Source: Carpediemonas membranifera BICM (taxonomy: Eukaryota; Protista; Fornicata). From it: a DNA stretch of 64,000 bases. This document shows positions 60,101-64,000 of this stretch, piece after piece. Where the stretch lies: NCBI GenBank assembly GCA_019828565.1, contig JAHDYR010000004.1:406619-470618 (forward strand), in the 5' to 3' direction. Under the pieces are notes generated by a model that saw only the letters and a list, made by a program, of their open reading frames with translations, did no database searches and was not told where the DNA came from. Every line of letters begins with the position of its first letter. Within the stretch, counting starts at the first letter, position 1. Both the position numbers and the translations under genes were made by a program.

Positions 60101-61754
60101 TTGACGCGGTCAAGGTGTTCGCCACGACACTGCCGCCGCCGGCCGACATCCGCCGCTACGCCCTGCTGCGGGCGATCACGCTCGTCCGGCCAGCCCGGGA
60201 GGTCCCGACAGCCTCGAGGGCCACGATCAACGCGTTCACCGAGGGGTCGACCCGCATCACCCCCGCCAAGGCCCTCGACCGGCTGGCCCGCCGTCTCTTC
60301 TACCCGGTTGACTCAACCGGAGTCGACGAGGTCGTGCTCAAGGACATGTGCGTCAAGGTCCAGCCGCAGGACCGGCCCTGTCTCTTCGGCGTCCTCCCCT
60401 TCATCCACACGGCCGCACCCACGCTCGCAGTCGCCCCCGAGGACGAGGCCGCCGAAGCTGCTGTCCGCATGGGCATCGCATTCACCACCGCGCACGTCGA
60501 CGCCTTCCTCGAGCAGGTCTTCGACAAGTTCCGCCGCGCCGTCATCGAGCCCGGCACAGCTGTCGGCCCCATCGGTGCACAGTCGATCGGCGAGCCCGGC
60601 ACGCAGCTCACGTTTGTCCCCAACGCCATACTCCCTCACACAGCCTTCGCACGTTCCATTTCGCCGGTGTTGCATCCATGAACGTCACGCTCGGTGTCCC
60701 CCGCATCAAGGAGATCATCAACGGCGTCGCCAACCTCTCGACCCCCATCATCAAGGCCAAGCTCGACGGGGCCTACCGCAACAAGAGTTCGTCCGCACGT
60801 GTGGTGAAGGGCCGCATCGAGCGGACAAGCCTGGGTGACATCGCCGACCACATCCAGGAGGTCTACGGCCCCACGGACAACGCGTCGTGCCGAGGGTGCT
60901 ACGTCACGATCAAGCTGGACCACAAGATCATCCAGTCGCTACAGCTGGGGGTCACGGAGGAGACTGTGATCAAGTCAATCTTGACCGAGCGGAAGATGAA
61001 GATCGCCAAGAGTGACGCGGGCAACATCGCGAAGGTGTACAACGCCAAGACGCGATCCGACTCGATCCGTATCTTCCCGGCCAAGATCGAGCGGGACGTC
61101 ATGTTCTACGAGATCCAGCGCCTCATGGCGAACCTCCCGTCGGTCATCGTCTCGGGCATCAAGACCGTCGAGCGCGCCGTCATCAACGACACTGGCTCTG
61201 GCGACGAGTTCGAGCTCCTCGTCGAGGGCACCGGGCTGCGGCAGGTCATGAACACCGTCGGCGTCGTCGGCGGACACACGACCACCAACAGCACGTGCGA
61301 GGCGTGCGACATTCTCGGGATCGAGGCGGCCCGGTCGACGATCATCAACGAGTTCGCCTACACTATGTCGTCCCACGGAATGGCGGTCGACAGACGTCAC
61401 ATCGAGCTGCTGGCGGACGCAATGACGTTCAAGGGTCTCATCCTGGGCATCACCCGCTTCGGTATCGGCAAGATGAGGGATAGCGTGCTCATGCTGGCCT
61501 CATTCGAGCGGACGGGCGACGTGCTCTTCGACGCGGCCGCCCACACCCGCAGGGACCCGATCCAGGGCGTGTCCGAGTCGATTGTCACGGGCAAGACCTG
61601 CTACCTCGGCACTGGCATGATGAAGCTGCTCAAGGAACCCGTCGGTGAGCCCGCCTCCACGCCGGAGCCGCGAGTGACTCTGTTGGAGTCGACGGGGGAG
61701 GCGCGGGAGGCCCTCATGAACCGGTTATTGGGCAACAGGCGACACAGAGTATAA
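57131..61754 (+). CDS. POLR3A: RNA polymerase III largest subunit RPC1; exons 57131-57186, 57216-60611, 60644-61754
   Basis: C.TC...C.GHYG, RLKGKQGRYRGNL.GKRVDFSGRTVI, NRQPSLH, YNADFDGDEMN, TAVKTAETGYMQRRL, TFHFAGVASMNVTLGVPRIKEIIN, SVLMLASFERT; no heptad CTD. Confidence 0.95.
57187..57215 (+). other. 29-nt intron 1 (RPC1)
   Basis: GTTAGT...TTTACTCAG; removal joins the ATG 57131 frame to give PKKIDGIQF. Confidence 0.88.
60612..60643 (+). other. 32-nt intron 2 (RPC1)
   Basis: GTTTGT...CTCACACAG; removal restores GEPGTQLTLRTFHFAG. Confidence 0.93.
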
Positions 61755-63725
61755 ATATTAGCGGTAACAAGATCCGGGAGGCCACTGCAACGGGAGAAAA
61801 TCAACAGAATTTAGTTTTGGCAAAACGCTAACGGACGAAGAGGCAGCGACGTGGATGCATGAGAAGGACGACAACCTCGTGAGACGACGTCATACGCCGT
61901 GTCCGCGGCTTGGTGCTCTCGGCGCGAGCGTTGGCCTCCCTCTCGCATCGGTCTCCTTCGTCGCGGTGGTTGCGTCGAGGCCCACGAGCGCTTCGCAGCA
62001 GCGGTGGCCTTCTGGGCAACGCAAGCTGAGCGTGGCTCCTGGACACAGCAAGCTGACATCGTTCTGCTTCTCACTGATCTCTCCCTCAAGTCATTACTCA
62101 CCATTGAAAGCCTTGTCGTACCACTAAGCTTTCCCTCCCAGCATTGGTCGCCCCAGTCCTGGTGTGTTCGATGCCGCTGATCGCAGGCTCCAGCTCGTCT
62201 ATAGGCTCATCGCTCCCCTGCCCTGGCCCTCTGCGCCTCGGCACTGGTGGTTTCCTGGTGCGACATGGTGCCACTCGGAAAGGTCTTGATTGCTGCTTGA
62301 GACATAATGGGTTCACAAACGCCAGCATATTGTTCAGTTGTTGTCCTGACATGACTATGGACTGGTTATCTCGTAGTTCCATCGCAATTCGGGCAGCAAC
62401 GAGATTATGGCGCCGCAAGCAATTCAACCTGTACTAAAACGCTGCTAGCTTATCTTTGTACTGCTATATCGCTGGTATCATGTCATTCTACTGCTCATGC
62501 AGCCGGTGTTGCATTTTCGGCTCTCATGCGCTGTGCTCTGCCCAATAATGCTGATACATGCCGTCACATAAATGGTCAATCGCCGGTCTGCCGCGGCGCT
62601 TATGCGCTGCAACTGCTGCAAGAGCAAGCGCTGCTGCAGTTTTCTCGGCTGAAAGCGCTGTATCGCCACTCCCTGTCGCCACCCTCGTGGGGGAGTCGGG
62701 CTGTGGCTGTCTCACTCCAGTAGTCACCGCAGAGCCTCTGTTAAGGCGTCAGTAACGCTAAGTCTTGCTGTGGGCGTCTGTCTGACTCAAGTCGGCCTCG
62801 TAGCAGGTCGACCAGCCACAGGATAGGGCCATTCTGGTGAGTTCTGCCGTCATATTCATGTACATTACGGCCATTTAACACCTCATTTTGACCCATGGTT
62901 CCGGTTTGGCGCTCTGCTGCTGCCCCATCCGCGGGCATCCATGCTGGTCTGGCCTCCAAGCTCTCCAACCATCCAGGCCGAAATGAGACCTCTTACGCCC
63001 CTTCTAGCCCGTATAGACTCGTTTGGACAGGCTGTTGGCGCCCTGGTGGCCATGGCCGGCCGAGTCGATTTTCAGCGAATTGGGTCGCAGAGCTCGAGCG
63101 ATGGTTTGAAGGTGTTGGTGAGGTCCACAGAATGGCGTGAAAGCGAAGTAATGAGGCTAATATGGCTTTAATAACGCTGCTTTGTGGTTCAAGCGCTTGA
63201 CGACATCTCACTGTGCCACTTTCGGCGATGACACCGAGAACCCGCTATGCTCAGAAGTACTGCAAGCACAGCCCTCGTGATATGTCTTCTAGTATCACTA
63301 TACGCTCTCTGTTAGCTTGTTCATCTATGTAGCTCTCCCCAAGGGTAGAAATTTGGCCCAGGAGTTCCATCCGGAGCACACCCCAGCCACGCCGCCCTGG
63401 AGTACCTCTCGGCACGCCATATGACAGTATGAGGATCATCTAACGCATAGCTACCTTTATAGGTGCTGTACCTCCCGCGGTGCCCCCCGTCCTCCGGTGC
63501 CGGCCCGCACTATGCCCCTGCACGGCCCCAGCCCCGGCACCAACTGCCGATCCCAGCTGTACTAAGCAACATCAAGGTCTGGGGCAATTTTCGTGCTGTC
63601 TCCCCGTGACGGATTTTAATCACTACTTGTCTGGCGTCATGGCTAGTCGGAGAAAGCTGAGAGGAACTATAATCTTTTTGCCAGCGCAAACCTTTTTGGC
63701 AGACGGCGCTGGGTCCTTTTACGCC

Positions 63726-63800
63726 GTCTACGGGCTTGTCTCAGTCCCAATCGTCAGTACTGAGGTGGGAGACCACTCGGGAATACGGGATGTCGTAGAC
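63726..63800 (+). rRNA. 5S rRNA-like element, internally truncated (75 nt; pseudogene, 5S-derived element or minimal variant)
   Basis: Starts GTCTACGG and ends TCGTAGAC (8-bp helix I). Contains CAGTACTGAGGTGGGAGACCACTCGGGAATACGGGATGTCG (loop E, helix IV, box C). Followed by TTTT. About 45 nt of helices II/III are absent. Confidence 0.7.
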
Positions 63801-63804
63801 TTTT
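63801..63804 (+). terminator. Pol III oligo-T terminator-like run after the 5S-like element
   Basis: TTTT directly after ...GTAGAC. Confidence 0.5.
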
Positions 63805-63954
63805 GCCTTTGCGCCCGTTCATCGCCCACACTATGCGCCATCGTGTTCAGCGCCCTTCATTGCATACCTGTAGCCGTTCTCTCTGCCATTTTTTCATTCG
63901 TTCAGTCAGCCAGCCGTCAGTCAGCCCAACCCGCCCCCAGCCCGTCCGAACGCC

Positions 63955-64000
63955 GGGAGAGGAGGAAGGAGAGGAGAGGAGAGAGAGGGGGAAAGAAAGA
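63955..64000. repeat. Pure polypurine (GA) low-complexity tract running off the window end
   Basis: GGGAGAGGAGGAAGGAGAGGAGAGGAGAGAGAGGGGGAAAGAAAGA contains no pyrimidines. Confidence 0.85.

Noticed and set aside
63251-63439. Reverse-transcriptase-like remnant (GVPRGTP...YIDE) on the minus strand
   Set aside because: The motifs are degenerate (no QG or YxDD), the ORF is only 62 aa, and the other RT-like word (DLTNTF) lies in the wrong order.
63535-63570. CCGATCCCAGCTGTACTAAGC (and CCGATCTCGGA near 21078) as the missing 5S beta domain
   Set aside because: The similarity is short and helices II/III cannot be built convincingly; likely chance.
57131-63804. Functional linkage between the Pol III subunit gene and the neighbouring 5S-like element
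   Set aside because: No mechanism or evidence beyond proximity; treated as coincidence.

Overview
This is a gene-dense, GC-rich eukaryotic window, not a bacterial one. It holds about 30 mostly single-exon genes with intergenic gaps often under 300 bp. Eleven very short (28-33 nt) GT-AG introns have GTNNGT donors and a branch point fused to the acceptor, and Giardia-like (A/T)GTAAA motifs sit at many 3' ends. These features point to a fornicate/metamonad protist such as a Carpediemonas-like organism (inference, not proven). Housekeeping genes include RPL14, RPS12, CDC14, PUS1, a CHD remodeler, importin-alpha, HisRS, AMPK-beta, BOP1, the RNA Pol III largest subunit, an anoctamin, a serinc, a kinesin and an Sm/LSm protein. 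Most notable: (1) an intronless viperin (RSAD2) lacking the animal N-terminal helix and C-terminal Trp; (2) a 1639-aa sensor-like protein with two Venus-flytrap domains, Cys-rich repeats and about 9 TM segments; (3) a 75-nt 5S rRNA-like element keeping helix I and the loop E/helix IV arm but missing the helix II/III domain; (4) the unusual micro-intron grammar; (5) HisRS fused to a histidine-ammonia-lyase-like domain; (6) an ARK-type kinesin motor without ARM repeats near a stand-alone coiled-coil/ARM gene; (7) a single-base frameshift in AMPK-beta. All family assignments come from motif recognition by eye; no database search was run.
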